A stretch of 64,000 nt of DNA from Balanoglossus misakiensis (GCA_040954595.2 CM082594.2:1444247-1508246); one strand, 5' to 3'. Counted from the stretch's first letter, positions 39,990-53,049 are shown. The notes: a model not told the origin generated them from the letters alone. Translations and numbers: made by a program.

Positions 39990-42900
39990 AAACTATGGTA
40001 ACTCAGATCACCTATGAAGCTTCATACTAAATTTCAAATAAGTCAGCTGATCAATTCCAGAAAAGCAGATTTTCTACCGATAATGTGGAAAGAGACAAAA
40101 AATACAAATGGAAAATTCACATTATTAGCTCACAACATATAGAACTGTGTGAGGTTAACATAACTTACAGGAATACCAATTTTCAATTTTGAAAGCAATT
40201 TGCTCAGTAGTTGTTGAGTTCCCGAGTTTTGACGAATTTGACACTTTCCCAGCTAATTTGCATATTTTGGCAATGACAACTTCATTTTGACAACTCCCAC
40301 CTACTGCCCTGCCTGCATCTCCACACTAAATATCAAGGTCACATGCCAGTGGTTTCCAAGTGTTTGATATTGATAGACATACAGACAAACATCCGTACAG
40401 ACATCCATATATACAGGTGCAACTGATCCCATAAGGTCCCATGGTATAAATACATATACCTGCACCAAATGGGACCTAATAATTCTGATAAAATGCCTAC
40501 ATAGTAAGTGTAAAAACCACTTGTACCGTCAACGTCCTTGGACAACAATGGCTAATATTACTTGCCAAGGGCGACTAGAATTTTGGGGGCCTGATGCAAT
40601 TCTGATACATGTACTTCATGATTTAGAGATATGGTGAAAATCCTGTCAACCGAATTACTGGGAAATCAGATTTTCCATGTAAAATCATATCACCCCAAAA
40701 TGTCAAGTGTCGAAAATAATTTTGAAACAAAAAGTCTACTCAAAATCATACCAAAATTTAAATTTTAAAGCAGTACGTTAGGCAAGCAATTTGAGAATGA
40801 AGAAACTTACAAAAAATTTATAAATTGAAAATAATTTACAAATGCCGCACACAAACTTACAATCACTACCATATTACTGTACAAGTTAAAAGGACATTGT
40901 ACCAGCAGAGACATTGCGATCGAGCAATCCCCAAGATATACATGACATGGTCTAATTACAAATATTGAATATGTAAAATAAGTACACAACACTTCCAGTC
41001 TTTCAGTACAGTCAGCTGCTTGTTAACAATAGGCATGTAGCTATTTCATGAAATTTACAGCCCAAGTCATGCCTATACAATTCTCCCTTAAGCTACCCTA
41101 AGTGAGTGATGAAAATCTCATATGGTCGACAATTGATGGCCGATTGTTGCCATGTTAAAGAAATGGGAGTTCATAAGGCTGCATTCACAAACACCTCTGG
41201 AGGGGGGGGGGGGCAGGAGAATTGCGGGGGGGATTTGAAAAAATTGAGGGTATGTAAGGGGGGATTTGAAATAATTTAGGGACTGAAAGGGGGGACTTGA
41301 AAACTTTGACGACTAAATATTTATTTTGAGTCCACAAAAATGCAGTTTCGCGCCCTTTATTTTACACCCCCTCCCACACCCACCCCCTCCATTCATCAAC
41401 ACCTTTCAATCATTGACTGGTTCAAACATTGTCTAGTGTCCCAGGTCAGGGGACTTGCCCCCACCCCATGATAACTTTGAGCGGCGACGGTTAAATTTGT
41501 CCTCCCCAACATACCGGTATTTGAGTTAATTTGCTTTTGCCCGGTTCATTAAAATGCAGCTTTGAGCTCTGTATTTTATAAAATTTTCTTACGTGGGAGG
41601 GGGACACCCCTTCCCACACCCACCCCCTTCAATTCTCGGTTTACAATGTCTCCCAACACAGAATACAAATACATAAAAAATAAAAACAATGTTCAGTTTT
41701 AATACCCACTGATGAGGGGAAACATCAGTTTCAAAGTCTTTTCATGGGAGCGATGTTTTTCTTTTTTACAAGATAGATAGGTGATGTGTTTTGCTCTGTG
41801 AAAGAAAATGGGGGGGGGATTTCAAAATTTTGGCAGTGCAGAAGGGGGATTTGAAAATATTTCGGGTTGTGTACGGGGGGCATGTGAAAATTAGCGGTAA
41901 AAAATGAAATTCTCCCCCCCCCTCCAGAGGTGTTTGTGAATGGAGCCTAAGCTAAAGTGATAATGGGTCATTCTAGAACTTTTTAACGGACTAAATAACA
42001 AAATGTGAAAACAGTTTAATTAATGAGTTTAATATGCTAACTACAGAGACAGACATGTTTGACCAAAGCATGAAATACAAAAAAATGTATCATTTCTTCT
42101 ATCTCTTACTACAGTTGGTTGTGGACTTTTCGCCCAGAATGCAATGTGATTTGACCCCCTAGCGCAAAGTGAAAACCTATTTAAGGCAGCCAGAATTTTC
42201 TGCATAATATGACGGAAACATTTGTAAAGTCATGGCTAGCGTGGGCTGGTAAGTATATGCGACTCTCCATGATAACCAGTTGTGACTTGCCACCACCATA
42301 ATTTTGAAAGGGCGACTTCACTATTTGATGGGAAAAGGTAGCCTTTACAAACAAGCTATGGAGCATGTATACAGAGCAAGTTGTGCTTACCGGAAAGCGG
42401 TATTGGATCAGGCCTAGGTATTCTCTTCCTCCTCCGGCATACGTTGAAATGCTGTGTTTAAGACTGTGAATCAAATATATGCATATTAATTAGTAACCAA
42501 TCAACCTTGCTTTAGAATTATCTGGGCCATACTAATTGGTGAAAATATGCAAAACATGGTATAATGTAGGGTCAGACTGTGCTGCGATAATGTACAACAG
42601 TGGAATACGAATCAGAGAAATCTGTAACAGCGATCTTGAAACTCCATTTACATCAGTACTGCAGTAAAGTGGTCCACATGGGTATACCACAAACATGGCA
42701 GTTAGGTGACAAGCGAAACTGACATCATATCTGTAAACGACAGGTGTACACACACTTTGACATCTACGTAACACTGTACAGGGATTTCTTTATGTTTGTT
42801 GTGAAAATGAAACTTACATTTGATCCACCTCACTTTTCATACAACTGATTAGCATAAGAATGTACATTGTTGGCAATTATAAAACATTTATTTTAGTATA

Positions 42901-43770
42901 GAAAAGTAAGCCTTAAAATTTAAACTTTGAATATCAGTATACTAAAATGTTTCAAACGTAGCTGTCAGTATATCTCATGGCATGGTGGCAGAAGTAGATG
43001 TTGCTACCAGGGAAGACATTGAACATAGACAAGCTCACTAGTCACTTGGTGATTTTTTATCTTTATAAAGATTCTCAAAACTTTTTGTGCATTTGGTAGC
43101 TTTGGGCAAGTTTCTGGTACTGATCAGAGTTTTCGAATTCAGAACTGCGCTTCTCTGGCTTTGGTTACCATGGGCCAATCTGCACACATTTTTGAAAAAA
43201 GAATCCAGCCTGTTTGTGTCATGATTTATATTATTCTTTCAGGCCTAAAGTATTGTTTTATGTCACTCTAAACAACATTACTTTCCTTCATGTGTCTAAT
43301 ATAATAACAGATCTCTTAGCCAGATTGATTAAGCATAGTGTTGGACTAGCACACTTTCAGCCAAAATTACGGTCTCTCCTCGTGTATTGGTATGGGAGTA
43401 ATTTCTAGCTATATGGTTAAGGAAATGCATCCAAATTTAATTTATGCATGCTTCACATGAAGATTTGAACTTGACCATTTAATTCATGTCATCACGATCA
43501 TATCACAGGCAATCGAGGCCAGAATTCGAAGGGGAAAAAAAGTATTGATAACTGGAATGTGTAAATTAGTTCGTAGACATACATTGCTTCCTATTGTCTC
43601 GGTTGCAACGCCCGATAAAAGCAAATATATAGCAAGTCATGCTTACCATTGAGCGGTCTTAAACTCGCCCCGGACGAGGAAGAGAATCCAGAGTTGAAAT
43701 GAGACAATCTCAGGCAGCATCTATGAATCAAATAGACATAGAAGTTAGTAACCAGTCATAGTAGCTCTAA
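39990..43770 (+). repeat. Local duplication, copy 1 (paralog at ~44985-48700)
   Basis: Colinear blocks such as 40790-41160 vs 45590-45968, 42090-42575 vs 47515-48221 and 43200-43770 vs 48228-48700. Confidence 0.9.
41177..41947 (+). mobile_element. PIF/Harbinger (Tourist-like) MITE with TAA TSD
   Basis: taa|ggctgcattcacaaacacctctggagggggg ... cccctccagaggtgtttgtgaatggagcc|taa; the paralogous site is empty with a single TAA. Confidence 0.92.
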
Positions 43771-45968
43771 GTTGGGTGTACCAACTCTCCTTGTTAACAG
43801 TAACTTTCAAAGAAACTGAACAATTGGTTAAGAAGATTTTCTATCCAAAACAGAGATAGAAAAATGTATTTTTGACCAAACATTGTCTGTACAAACACAT
43901 ATGACAAGCAACTTATTTCAGTCAGCCCTGCTCACTGACCCACCACTGTTAATTCAAAATAGAATAGCTGGTGGTCTCTGTAACAGCTGGCATATTAAAG
44001 TTATTTAAACATGTCTAAGTTGGGTGTACCAACTCTCCTTGTTAACAGCAACTTTCAAAGAAACTGAACATTTGGTTAAGAAGATTTGCAATCCAAAAAC
44101 AAAGAAATTTACAACAAACTATTTTGACAACCAGAATTTAATCAAAGTTGCACGTACATATACATGTGTTATGAAATTGTTAACTAACTTCCAAAGCAAT
44201 CATAACAAAATTGGTTACCCCTAGGAATATTCCTACCATATTTCAAAGCCATCAAAAAAGTTCAAAGCAATCTGACAACGGCTTGAACGGTTTAAGAGAA
44301 AACAGTTTTTGGCAGAGATTGCCAAAAATATGCTCAATAACACAAGCACGCAGTTTTAACAATTTTTACGACATCTTACTTGGGTTACCCCTGGGAATCT
44401 GCCTACCAAATTGCAAAGCATTCTGACCAAAATTGGCAAAAATGCTCAAAATTATAAATATGCCTATTTTACAACAAATTGAACAAAAACTATGGAAACT
44501 CGGACCACCTATAGGAAGCTTCATACTAAATTTTGAAGGAGTCGGACTATCGCTTTCAGAAGTGAAGATTTTTTTTTACCAATAATGTGGAAAAAGACAA
44601 AAAAATTAATAAACATTAGAAAATTCATAATATTAGCTCAAAACATACAGGACTGTGTGGGGTTCATTGACATACCGGTTTTCAGATCAATCTGACCAGT
44701 GGTTGTTGAGTTTCTGACTTTTGACCAATTTCACATTTTCACAGGTAATACTTTTGGCAATGACAACTTCATTTGAACAAAATCCCACCTACAGCTCCGA
44801 CTGCATCTACACACTAAATATGGAAGTGATACGTGCAGCAGTTTTCATCCGTTCATTCATACATACAGATGCATGTCATTCCTTAAGGTCCCAATCGTAT
44901 ATATATATACACACAAACCAAATGCCATAGGACCTAAAAATTGCTCCAAAATTAAAATACACAAATTTTGCAACACTTTAATCAAAACTATGGTAACTCA
45001 GATCACCTGTGAAGCTTCATACTAAATTTCAAACAAGTCAGCTGATCACTTCCAGAAAAGTATTTTTTTTTACCGATAATGTGCAGACAAAAAATGCATA
45101 AAAATTGGAAATTCACATAAGCTGACAACATATAGGGCTGTGTGGGGTTACCATAAGTTACATGCATATCAATTTTGAATTTGAAAGCAATTTACCCAGT
45201 AGTTTTTGAGTTCCTGAGTTTTGACAAATTTGACACTTTCCCAGCTCATTTGCATATTTTGGCAATGACAACTTCATTTAGACAAACTCCCACCTACTGC
45301 CCTGTGTAAAAACCACTTGTACCTTCAACGTGCTTGGACAACACATTTTTGTAACTTTCCGACATCAATGGCTAATATTACATGGCAAGGGTGACTAGAA
45401 TTTTGTTTGGGGGTGCCAATGCAATTCTGATACATGTACTTCATGATTTAGAGGTATGGTGCAAATCCTGTCAACCGAATTACATCATTTTACCAAAAAA
45501 TTTCAAAAGTGTAGAAAATAATTTTGAAACAGAAAGCCTACTCAAAATCATACCAAAATTTAAAGTTTAATGCAATTGGGCAAGCAATTTGAGAATGAAG
45601 AAACTTACAAATAATTTATAAATTGTAAATAATTTACAAATGCCGCACACACTTACAATTACTACCATATTACATGATAAAAGGACATTGTACCAGCAGA
45701 GACATTGCGATCGAGCAATCCCCAAGATATACATCACATGGTCTAATTACAAATATTGAATATGTAAAATAAGTACACATAACTTCCAGTCCTTCAGTAC
45801 AGTCAGCTGCTTGTGAACAATAGGCATGTAGCAATTAAATCAAATTTATAGCCCAAGTCATGCCTATACAATTCTCCCTACTTTAAATACGTTTTAAGCT
45901 ACCCTAAATGAGTGATGAAAAACTCATACGGTCGACAATTTCAAGATGGCCGATTTTTGCCATGTTAA

Positions 45969-46715
45969 GGCTGCATTCACAAACACCTCTGGAGGGGGGG
46001 ACGGGAGAATTCAATTTTTTTACCGTTAATTTTCACATGCCCCCTCAACAACCTGAAATATTTTCAAATCCCCCCTTCCGAACTTCTAAAATTTTCAAAT
46101 CCCCCCCCCCCACCCATTTTCTTTCACAGAGCAAAACACATCACCTATCTATCTTGTAAAAAAAGAAAAACAGCGCTCCCATGAAAAGAATTTGAAACTG
46201 ATGTACCCCCTCACTGAACATTGTTTTTATTTTTAAGTATTTGTATTCTGTGTTGGGAGACATTGTAAACCGAGAATTGAAGGGGGTGGGAGGGGGTGTC
46301 CCCCTCCTACGTAAGAAAATTTTATAAAATACAGAGCTCAAAGCTGCATTTTAATGAACCCGGCAAAAGCAAATTAACTCAACTACCGGTATGTTGGGGA
46401 GGACAAATTTAACCGTCGCCGCTCAAAGTTATCATGGGGTGGGGGCAAATCCCCTGACCTGGAACACTAGACAAACCAGTCAATGATAGAAAGGTGCTGA
46501 TGAATGGAGGGGGTTAGAAAATTTTGTAAAATAAAGGGCGCGAAACTGCATTTTTGTGGACTCAAAATAAATATTTAGTCGTCAAAGTTTTCAAGTCCCC
46601 CCCTTTCAGTCCCTAAATTATTTCAAATCCCCCCCTTACATACCCTCAATTTTTTCAAATCCCCCCCTCAATTCTCCTGCCCCCCCCCCCTCCAGAGGTG
46701 TTTGTGAATGCAGCC
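45969..46715 (-). mobile_element. Same Harbinger MITE family as 41177-41947, opposite orientation, TAA TSD
   Basis: taa|ggctgcattcacaaacacctctggaggggg ... cctccagaggtgtttgtgaatgcagcc|taa; the interior is the reverse complement of the first copy. Confidence 0.92.
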
Positions 46716-46850
46716 TAAAGAAATGGGAGTTCATAAGCTAAAATGATGATGGGTCATTCTTGAACTTTTTAACAGAAAAAATAACTACAGAGACAGAAAT
46801 GTTTGACCAAAGGAAGTCATGAAATACAGTAAACATATGAAATACAAAAT

Positions 46851-47515
46851 ATGAGAGTTCAAAGAATTCCTTCGGTTAAACTTAATGACATCACTTTGAA
46901 GTTTGTACCTGTACACACCTATCTGGGCCATGTAATATCTTGTGATGGTTGTGATAATGAAGATATTGAACGACAGAGAAGAGCATTTTGCGTTAGAGCA
47001 AACATGCTATTGAAGCATTTTCAACATTGTAGTCAAGATGTGAAGAAAGTTTTATTTTGGCATATTGTAGTAATATTTACTGCTGCAGTTTGTGGGCATC
47101 CTTTAAAGTTAAACCGATGAAAAAATTTAAAACTATGTACAATAATGTTTGGAGAAGACTTCTCGGTCTTCCGCCATTTTGCAGTGCATCGGGTATGTTT
47201 GCTACAAACCATGTATTGTCACTTGGTGAAGTTTTTAGACGCAATATGTACAGTTTTAAGCGTAGACTCGAAAATTCTTCTAATGTTTTACTTGATGCGA
47301 TCTGTTCATCAGATAGAGCGACTGACAGCATATTTTTCAAACATTGGCGAAAGCAATTGTATATCATGTAATTTTGCAGAGTTTTTTTTTTGTGTGTGCG
47401 TGTCTCGGTTTCAGATTTTCCAGAGTATTTTCATTAGTGTTTTTGTTTTCTTTTTTTCTTCTCTCTTTTGGGTATATGGACTTTTTTTTTAAAGTCTGAA
47501 ATAAAGTATTATTAT
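46851..47515 (+). mobile_element. 5'-truncated non-LTR retrotransposon (RTE-X-like ORF2 C-terminus) with one frameshift
   Basis: YLGHVISCDGCDNEDIERQRRAFCVRANMLLKHFQHCSQDVKKVLF / AYCSNIYCCSLW...YNNVWRRLLGLPPFCSASGMF; ends aataaagtattattat; absent from the paralogous site at ~42085. Confidence 0.85.
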
Positions 47516-48860
47516 ATCATTTCTTCAATCTCTTACTACAGTTGGTTGTGGACTTTCCGCCCAGAATGCAATGAGATTTGACCCCCTACCACAAAGTGGA
47601 AACCTATTTAAGGCAGCCAGAATTTTCTGCATAGTATGACGGAAACATTTGTAAAGTCATGGCTAGCATGGGTTGGCAGGTTTATGGGACCCGCTCAGGT
47701 TCCCTCGAATAACACATAATGCATGATTGGTGACTGATTATTCTTTATTTGTTGATTTTGTCACATTTTCAGATAAATCCCTATCAATCAGTCATTGTTT
47801 GGCCTTGCTATACAGCGCAATATGAATCTTGTTGACTGAAATTGTTGAGGATAGTGGTACATAAAGGTTACCAAGTGGAAAATATTCAAATGATTATTAG
47901 TGGTGTCCAACTCACCATGATAACCAGTTGTGGCTTGCCACCACCATAATTTTAAAAGGGTGACTTCACTATTTGATGGGAAAGGGTAGCATTTACAAAC
48001 AAGCTATGGAGCATGTATACAGCAAGTTGTGCTTACCGGAAAGCGGTCTTGGATCAGGCCTAGGTATTCTCTTCCTCCTCCGGCATACGTTGAAATGCTG
48101 TGTTTAAGACTGTGAATCAAATATATGCATATTAATTAATAACCAATCAACCTTGCTTTAGAATTATGTGGGCCATACTAATTAGTGAAAATATGCAAAA
48201 CATGGTGTAATGTAGGGTCAGAAAAAATATCCAGCCTGTTTGTGTCATGATTTACATTTTTCTTTCTGGCCTAAAGTATTGTTTTATGTCACTCTAAACA
48301 ACATTACTCTCCTTCATGTGTCTAATATAATAACAGATCTCTTAGCCAGTTTGATTAAGCATAGTGTTGGACTAGCACACTTTCAGCCAAAATTACAGTC
48401 TCTCCTCGTGTATTGGTATGGGAGTAATTTCTAGCACAGGCAATCGAGGCCAGAATTCGAAGGGGAAAAAAAGTATTGATAACTGGAATGTGTAAATTAG
48501 TTCGTAGACATACATTGCTTCCTATTGTCTCGGTTGCAACGCCCGATAAAAGCAAATATACAGCAAGTCATGCTTACCATTGAGCGGTCTTAAACTCGCC
48601 CCGGACGAGGAAGAGAATCCCGAGTTGAAATGCAGACAATTTCAGGCAGCATCTGTGAATCAAATAGACATAGAAGTTAATAACCAGTCATAGAAGCTCT
48701 GCGTGGCAGGGCTGCGTGTTAATGGCTATGTCATAGCTCACACTGGTAGCTTATAACAGTCCCAATGGTGCCAAAAATCTCCCCAACAACAAAACTAATT
48801 CTGGTCAGTTTATTCGCTATCGCTTTGCCTTAAAAGTTAGGGCCTATACTGTAGTGTGTT

Positions 48861-49436
48861 ACCACAGGGGGCTCTCCCTCCGCGATTTTATTGTTTGTTT
48901 GTTTGTTTGTTGTTGTTGATTGGCATAATAAACAAATACATATTTCTTTATTAATAAATATGGTTTGTTGACATGTAAGTGTTAGGGTATATTCGACAGG
49001 TTAAGGTATATTCAACGGTTAGGATTAGTGTTGGCATTTTTTTCGATCCACGGCCCCGGGCATCACTAAGCCACAAAGAGAGGGTGATACCGACCGTGGA
49101 TCGAAAAAATGCCAACACTAATCCTAACCGTTGAATATACCATAACCTGTCGAATATACCCTAATAACCTAACCCCTACATGTCAACAAACCATATTTAT
49201 TAATAAAGAAATATTTATTTGTTTATTATGCCAATCAACAGTAGTCAACCAATGAAATATGACTACTCCGTTGGTTACATTCATAGACCCGGACTGGCAT
49301 AACAATCCAAGATGAATATTTAGTTGAGCTTAGAGGCACTGTGAAGAGCCTGCGCTCAATACCTACCTAACCTAACCTAACAACAACAACAACAACAAAC
49401 AAACAAACAATAAAATCGCGGAGGGAGAGCTGTGGT
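48861..49436. mobile_element. Foldback element with ~190-bp arms and (AC)CACAG termini; right arm interrupted by a short insertion
   Basis: gctctccctccgcgattttattgtttg...cgatccacgg pairs with ccgtggatcg...caataaaatcgcggagggagagc. Confidence 0.85.
49241..49380 (+). mobile_element. Short retroposon 3'-end insertion with a (CCTAA)n tail
   Basis: No counterpart in the left arm of the foldback; ends gcactgtgaagagcctgcgctcaatacctacctaacctaacctaa. Confidence 0.55.
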
Positions 49437-51462
49437 GCAACGGTACCACCTGCCCCACAACAACAAAGCTGACTCGAGGCCACGAACCACGTACAATTTA
49501 CTCGCACGGTGTCAAACAACGCATAAATTCCATGCGACAGTGAGGTTACTGTTCGACGCTGTAACGCTTCCCAAAGTCAGAATTTAGATGTTGGGAGGAC
49601 ACTCTCGCCCTACCACGACCAGTTTTTGCTAGAAGGAGTGTACATGTGCTTGTAAAATAACATTAAATGCCATGCTTACCAGAGAAACGACATCATCAAG
49701 CATGGAGGCGACCGGGACCTCCATGCTTGATGAACGTCAAAGCTGCAATGATTTTTCAAATGCAACGGTCAGCGGTACGAAAACGAGGCACCACCTGTGC
49801 GTCAATTATGCAAATTAGTTACTACTCAATCAGAATCCTGCTTCAATATGACATCACACTAATTAGTCAAAGTATGCAGTGCAACGTATGTGTGCAGGTG
49901 GAGAATGCGCCTCACGTCAATGCAGACACACAAGACACACAAACTGAAATGCAAATTGATGAATTCTGTCACGGCGTTCTTTGGAAGTGCGAATGAATAA
50001 AATATTTCGTTTTCTTCAGTGTTTTTGTACTACAAAAAAATTGCGAAAAAACAAATAGCAAGCGCTTATGCTATGAAATACAAATAAATATCAGTTATGG
50101 CCATGTGGAAATGGAACGTCAATCCGCATTTGTCAAATATAATAGAAAAGACAAAGGAGCTGAGACGTCCTAAAATAAAAGGAATGACCTCTCCGTTCTG
50201 ACCTGTATGAGGAAGCCCTATTGTAATACGCAATATGTCGGATCATGCTACCATCCGCCATTCTGATTGGACGAGAGCTCAATCCATCGATACGAAAGTA
50301 CTCAAAAGAGCACTGCTAAAACTGGCCCCTGAACTAATAGCATGCAACAGGGAAAACGTGACTAAATAAATAAAAAAATATAGCTGATAAATTTACGGAC
50401 GGCCGGTTTATTTTTTAACTGCTCTATAGGAACTGTTGTCACTGTCATGCACGATGCATGTCTTGTCACTGCGCACTCGTGTTAACATTCATCAGAGCGC
50501 CTTTCGATAAATTCGTAACGTTTACATTAGACTCGAGTTCATTTTCGTTATGAAAATGACATTGATATACCACAAAATCGATTACTGATATAAAAGAATA
50601 GCAATAACCCTAACCACAGATTAGGCTATAGCATTCCGGTAATTTTTTCAATATCACTCAGGAAGGATTCTATAACATTCTGTTTTGTATCGGGATGTAT
50701 AATTTAATATCCATACTACAAAACAAATATCAGCGGTAACTCAGAATATATTGTTGAAAATTTGCTCACTGTAGGCCTGACCATGGTAAGATTATGCAAT
50801 ACTGGTAAGTATTTTGGGAGACTAGGTTGCATTGTATTGTCTGGTGTTCAAAAAATCACGAACATCCCGGACGACTAAATTCTTTCTTTCAAAACCACTT
50901 CTGCAACGACAAGAACTTTCACGAGTACGAGCATTCGGGGCAGGCAAAAACCATGGTATGAAGACGATATGAAGTCGATGAGTTAATGTTATGTTGAACC
51001 CGCTTTACTAGGTTTGGTATGTTTTTGCGCTTGTCTTTTTCTTTTTGTTTATAAATAGTCGTATATTTTAAAATAGCTCAAATGAGTCAATGGGACATTT
51101 TTCCATCCCACCTCATCTTAACTAAGGTTTTCAGTGGCCGGTCACCTGCACACATTAAATTTACCACGGACAAATTGAAATACAGCCAATCGAAAAAAGT
51201 GCGCCACCACATGGTCATTTGAAGACTTTGACGCGCTCTCCTGGCCGTAAACGCATGTGATCCGGAATAAATCGAACCTCGGTCGTGTTTTATTTATTTT
51301 CACCACCAGCGAAAATCTACGATGGCCCAACCGCAGATTGTTGCTGCTCCGTACAACAACCGGCTTAAACTGTTCTGTGCATGTGTTTTGTGTTCTGGTG
51401 GTGTTTGCGGGTCTGAGACGTTTTGTCGTTTTATCGTTTTGTACCAATAACTTTTACCCACC

Positions 51463-51620
51463 TAGACTCTCTCGCAGCCCCTCTTGCCGTCCATGCAGGC
51501 TTATGGACTGATTGCATGCAGGTTCGCTACACAACCCCATATGGGGCTTCTCCTTTTCTAAACAGTTGAGGGCGCATCAGTGAAGAGCCTTGTAGCGAAC
51601 GTGGGCTGTGAGAGAGTCTA
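51463..51620. mobile_element. MITE with a 9-bp TSD (Mutator-like TSD length)
   Basis: ttacccacc|tagactctctcgcagccc ... gggctgtgagagagtcta|ttacccacc. Confidence 0.85.
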
Positions 51621-51837
51621 TTACCCACCATGCTAGAACTTTTTCGTTTTCTTTGACGACGCTTAACACTTTTAATTTCTTGCTTTGTTGTTGGTAGTTT
51701 GTTTGTTCGTTACGTCTGTAACTGGGGTTCTTCACTTGTGGAATATACTGCTTATTTCTTGTGTATCTGCATTATGTTGATGTTGTCACTCCTCTGGCAG
51801 AGAAGCCAGGGTTCTAGCTGTTGGCTTTAATATTAAA

Positions 51838-52097
51838 GGGACTGTTCAGAATTTACTTCCGGGGGCGGAGGATTTTGAGGGGGGACCACCCATTTTCTCC
51901 AAGAAAAATTAGGGGGGAACAGACATAAAAATCACAATCCTTTAAGGGGGACCATGGAAAAAAACGAGGAAATTTAAGGGGGGACCACAGATTTCCTCCA
52001 CAATTCAGTAGGGGGGGGGGGGGACCGTGAAAAAAAATCACCAGGAAAATAAAAAATCCTCCGGCCCCACCCTGGAAGTAAATTCTGAACAGTTCCT
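51838..52097. mobile_element. PIF/Harbinger-type MITE
   Basis: gggactgttcagaatttacttcc ... ggaagtaaattctgaacagttcc|taa; G-run internal motifs. Confidence 0.8.
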
Positions 52098-53045
52098 AAT
52101 GTTTGTTTGCTTGTTTGTTTATTTGTGTGTTTGTTTGTTTGTGTATTCTATGACGCTTCTGTCACATTTGGCGTTTACTGTTGCATGAACAATGACCAAA
52201 CCGACTCGACTGTATTTGGACGCACAATGGATTTAAGAGTTAATCCATCGGTGTTTACCAGCCTAAACCATTCGATTTCTATATCTCTGTTGCAACAAGT
52301 GAGAACCATAGTCTATGTGAGAACCTAGTAATATATACATGTAAATCAGAAGGCCAGTAACTGCATGTTTACCAGACTGGCGTGCAGTGACACCTACCAC
52401 AAAATAGTATCGCCCAAATAATGTTGGGTAGAAGTTATGAGCCCGGTAAAAATAGCGCGAGCTATACATGGAAAAAAGTTGTTTTCCAAAAATAGAACAA
52501 AATGGGAATTCAATTCAGTGAATATGATTGGCACTTACGGAGTTTTAAATCAAAATAGTGGATTCATACCAATGAAAACAAGTCAAGAAGTCACGTAGGG
52601 ATCATGAAACAGACCTATTGATCATGTCATGATTATGTACAAGTAGCCATACAAAATTTTGAGTGAACTAGAGAGAAGTATACTAGTTATCGCTTGAATT
52701 TCATGTTTCTTTTTATTCAGATGTAGTCAACATTCATTTCAACAAGTCTATAACATGATTTTGAAATGATTTTCAAAAGTACACAATTCCATATGAAAAT
52801 GTTACTTTTAGATTTGTAAATTTTTCTGTATGTTTGAGTTCAAGTGCATAGGCTGACTCAAACATTCTTTGCATCAACATTTACCGTCCTTTCAAAAATC
52901 CTGCCTGTAGTCCAGGTTTTACATTTGCACTTAATAGCATTATAACACCATCATGTCATCCACATGTTACCCTCATAGCCAGTCACAGTGTGTATATTGT
53001 GATTCATGAAGTACATGCAGTTCTACAGATTTTTTTGTGGAGATG

Positions 53046-53049
<4 letters not shown>

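Larger units (their letters stand above)
33570..40480 (+). mobile_element. Field of diverged Helentron-associated (HINE/DINE-like) non-autonomous repeat modules; continues at ~44200-45300
   Basis: Repeated core gaagcttcatactaaatttcaaagaag...acaggactgtatg...gttttgaccaatttcac (e.g. 33790, 35426, 37298, 39543, 40017, 44516, 45011); (ACAT/ACAG)n tracts followed by the palindrome aggtcccat..atgggacct and an A run (37928, 39958, 40434, 44886). Confidence 0.6.
44985..48700 (+). repeat. Local duplication, copy 2
   Basis: See copy 1; differs by a LINE insertion and several indels. Confidence 0.9.

Noticed and set aside
43214-48434. Twin 64-aa ORFs at 43214 and 48240
   Set aside because: Similarity simply reflects the recent duplication; TTG starts and no domain
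49335-49360. Hammerhead-ribozyme-like ctgtgaagag motif
   Set aside because: The CUGANGA core is imperfect and no downstream GAAA stem is present; better explained as a retroposon 3' end
49360-49380. Telomeric (TTAGG)n-like repeat
   Set aside because: Only about four degenerate units, forming the tail of a small insertion
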